DNA from: Cyanobacteria bacterium P01_D01_bin.156
GTDB taxonomy: Bacteria > Cyanobacteriota > Cyanobacteriia > Phormidesmidales > Phormidesmidaceae
NCBI GenBank assembly: GCA_039024555.1
Contig: JBCCQQ010000006.1
Span: 94,351-158,350, forward strand
Direction: 5' to 3'
Length of the DNA stretch: 64,000 nucleotides
Shown one piece after another: positions 61,525-64,000 of this stretch. The notes beneath the pieces were generated by a model. It was not told where the DNA came from and did no database searches. It saw only the letters and a list, made by a program, of their open reading frames with translations. Position 1 is the first letter of the stretch, and every line of letters begins with the position of its first letter. The position numbers were made by a program, and so were the translations under genes.

Positions 61525-61614
61525 GTTGTTGCTGGTTTAATGCATGAATCGCTCAGTCAGATTCGCAATAGAACAAGGGCTTTGGATGAATTCATATCGA
61601 GGAGCAGCAACGTC
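61525..61614. mobile_element. 90-bp MITE-like element, copy 4
   Basis: GTTGTTGCTGGTTTAATGCATGA...TCATATCGAGGAGCAGCAACGTC. Confidence 0.55.
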
Positions 61615-61639
61615 AAGAAAAGACTCCTCAGAACGCAAG

Positions 61640-62395
61640 CTACTTTTCTTCCTGAAGCCTCATCTGAATAGCAAGATCCTGTGCTGCTTCAAGGCTGGCC
61701 ACATCATTCAGATTGATGTAATGGCCAGAGAGATCGAACGATGCCACCTGATGGCCATCACGAATCAGTTCGTCAATAAAATTTATGAACTCGATTAGTT
61801 GTCGACCCTTTTGATATTCGTTCTCCAATATCTTGATCACTTCGGGGCTGACGATAAACGAAGCCACCCCGAGCAAATTATTGGGTAAACTGACTGGGTT
61901 CTCCACTAGTCGTACAATCCGGTCCTCATTTCGCTCAACCGAGAAGTTTCGCCTAATTTCCTCAGGATTCTTAGCCTCCTTTACACAACAGACTGCAGAA
62001 TACTTGTCATACGGAAAGGCGCTGAGATCCGCAAAGTTGGCCTTAAGATAAAACTCGTCAGATAGCATCACAAAGCCATGACGATTGGCGAGAAATGGCT
62101 TCGCCAAGAGCACCGACCACGCCCACCCCTTATCCAGGTTATTATTCTCGACATAATGGATACGAAGGCCACGGTCAGAGCCGTCGCCAAAGTGTTCTCG
62201 AATCGAATCACCCATGTATCCAAGAATAATAACAATCTCTTGGATACCAAGGTCGTGCTGCATGGTGTCGAGCACACGGAGCAGGTTCGGACGACCATCA
62301 ATGGAGAACATGCCCTTGTGCTGTTCATATGTGTAAGGGCGCGCGCGAATTCCACTGCCTGCAGCCGGTATAATGCCAATCATAGAAGAAGTCAT
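61640..62395 (-). CDS. Sugar-phosphate nucleotidyltransferase (RmlA/NTP_transferase family)
   Basis: IIPAAGSGIRARPYT...HKG, FGDGS...IHYV, LSD, LVENP. Confidence 0.88.
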   Translation of the reverse strand: MTSSMIGIIPAAGSGIRARPYTYEQHKGMFSIDGRPNLLRVLDTMQHDLGIQEIVIILGYMGDSIREHFGDGSDRGLRIHYVENNNLDKGWAWSVLLAKPFLANRHGFVMLSDEFYLKANFADLSAFPYDKYSAVCCVKEAKNPEEIRRNFSVERNEDRIVRLVENPVSLPNNLLGVASFIVSPEVIKILENEYQKGRQLIEFINFIDELIRDGHQVASFDLSGHYINLNDVASLEAAQDLAIQMRLQEEK

Positions 62396-62415
62396 AGTAT
62401 ATCCTTATTAGCTTA

Positions 62416-63660
62416 TTAGATATTAGGTTGAGCGCGGTAGAAGTCAGAAATCAGCGTGACAACATCTTCGATGTCTATCACTGAATCATGGCGCTTCATG
62501 AGCAGCATGGAGAGCTTAAGATTGATAATCTCTAACTTCGACCGGATTTCTAGATCCTCTACATCGCGAATATCAGCAACGCCTGCGATTCCTAGGGTAC
62601 GACGTGCTATGCAGCAAGCCGCAAAACCCACGGTTTCCTGAAGAAGCTTTTGCATAAAACGCTCTTTATACTCATCTGATTCGGTCTTGTTAAGGAGCCC
62701 TGGTATGAGCATTGCTGATTCTGTTGCTTCGAACCACAGCTTGAGAAACTGCGAGGAAAAGACCTGCCACACCACAACTGTTTGGTCGATCAACCAATTC
62801 ACCATGTCGTGGTTGGTGCTGCGGTGCAAATGCGAGGTTGCGCATAACAAGAAGTTCGCCATAATCTGACCGATGTCAAATCCGAACGGGCCAAAGTAAG
62901 AGAACTCCATGTCGATCACATAGCTTTCCGCCTGGTTCACCATGAGTGATCCAGTATGTAGATCAGCATGTAGTAACGCGTCTGTTTTGGTGATAAAAAG
63001 CTCCTTAAATTTCAGAACATTCAGCTTATATTCACTATTATTGCGAAGATTTTCTCGCGCCCACTGGTCAGTCAAAGAGTTCGAATAATTTGACTGATGT
63101 TCCATATATGGAAATGTAAAGATAAACTCTTCAGTCAGCTTGCAAAGTTCCGCATTTAGCGTGAACCGGTCCATAAGTTGCCGACGTGCCTGACTATCCA
63201 TGGAAAAAGCACTTGTCCTGAAGAGCGTTTCAGCTAGAAATTGGCCGATATGACGACCGACATCAGGATACTGTTCACCTGCAATGAGTCCATGTCGCAA
63301 GATGATGTGCTCATCAAGACACTGCATGACCAGGGTGCTCATTGATTCATCTGCATGGTAAATACAAGGCACAAAATCCGGCACAAGTTGGTTATATACT
63401 GTCAGCGCTCGGATCTCGTAGGTCATTCGGTCTCGAGCAAGAGGCCATTCCTCACCTACCATTCGTAAATAGGGAACAGCCTGCTTCAGAATTACCGACC
63501 GAGATGCATCATTCAGGCTGCTAACCCGATATACGAAGTTCAAATTTCCATCACCGATCTCGGAAACTTGCAGTGAATCCGCACTGCCAAGAACTTCCAT
63601 CACTGCTGGGATGGAACGCAAGTAATCGCAAACAGATTCGCGATCAAGGACTTGATACAT
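62416..63660 (-). CDS. mtnK: S-methyl-5-thioribose kinase (MtnK)-like kinase
   Basis: EIGDGNLNFVY, KQAVPY...WPL, LTEEFIFTFPY, LLHADLHTGS, IDMEF. Confidence 0.9.
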   Translation of the reverse strand: MYQVLDRESVCDYLRSIPAVMEVLGSADSLQVSEIGDGNLNFVYRVSSLNDASRSVILKQAVPYLRMVGEEWPLARDRMTYEIRALTVYNQLVPDFVPCIYHADESMSTLVMQCLDEHIILRHGLIAGEQYPDVGRHIGQFLAETLFRTSAFSMDSQARRQLMDRFTLNAELCKLTEEFIFTFPYMEHQSNYSNSLTDQWARENLRNNSEYKLNVLKFKELFITKTDALLHADLHTGSLMVNQAESYVIDMEFSYFGPFGFDIGQIMANFLLCATSHLHRSTNHDMVNWLIDQTVVVWQVFSSQFLKLWFEATESAMLIPGLLNKTESDEYKERFMQKLLQETVGFAACCIARRTLGIAGVADIRDVEDLEIRSKLEIINLKLSMLLMKRHDSVIDIEDVVTLISDFYRAQPNI

Positions 63661-63711
63661 ATGGTTTATTTGTTAAGTATATGTGACAAAATGTTAACGG
63701 TTTTACTGACG

Positions 63712-63999
63712 CTACATAGCAGCGCTCGAAAGTGGTCGAGTAGCACTATCGGAGACGTCTACAACTCCTGATCTTTGAATCTCATCTAGGATGGTGTCGT
63801 GCATCAAATTATTGGAAACTAATAAGTCTGTCTTCTCCAAGTTCCATGGGTTGCCGTTAAAGTCAGTAACTCTTCCTCCGGCTTCCTCCACGCAGAGGAT
63901 GCCTGCTGCAACATCCCACGGTGAGATTTGCAATGTTGTAAATGCATCGACTCGACCAGCTGCAACCATATAGCACTCGACTGCAGCAGAACCAATCTT
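63712..63999 (-). CDS. Inositol monophosphatase family protein (C-terminal part, runs off window end)
   Basis: KIGSAAVECYMVAAGRVD, PWDVAAGILCVEEAGGRVTD. Confidence 0.9.
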   Translation of the reverse strand, partial: KIGSAAVECYMVAAGRVDAFTTLQISPWDVAAGILCVEEAGGRVTDFNGNPWNLEKTDLLVSNNLMHDTILDEIQRSGVVDVSDSATRPLSSAAM

Positions 64000-64000
64000 C

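Noticed and set aside
1..64000. CRISPR array, tRNA or rRNA genes
   Set aside because: No regularly spaced direct repeats, cloverleaf or rRNA-like sequence seen by eye.

Overview
Chromosomal window from a filamentous cyanobacterium. This rests on about 20 HIP1 GCGATCGC sites plus prk, gap2, ycf4 and hps genes; a Leptolyngbyaceae/Nodosilineales-like origin is my inference. Left to right: a MATE exporter and an unknown exported protein; an NfeD-like plus two-flotillin operon; class II ribonucleotide reductase nrdJ with NrdR boxes; four GT2 glycosyltransferases and two sulfotransferases around htpG; rpmB; the hpsA-D/minor-pilin motility locus; HAD, TauE and an EF-G paralog; a 38-aa unannotated membrane microprotein; holB/tmk, FHA, prk, ycf4, cyclophilin, FabF-like, ftsH, M23; selD-mnmH; a radical SAM enzyme, TPR, gap2, murC-murB-ybaB-ptp; an atypical photolyase/cryptochrome; a GT39 enzyme; a cluster of IS/MITE remnants; and the edge of a probable foreign island (inositol monophosphatase, MtnK-like kinase, nucleotidyltransferase). 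The best candidates for new biology are the MtnK/nucleotidyltransferase island, the cryptochrome-like protein with a terminal clamp-binding motif, and an apparently swappable sulfated-polysaccharide cassette beside a mosaic htpG. No CRISPR array, tRNA or rRNA was seen. All calls are by-eye motif recognition with no database searches.
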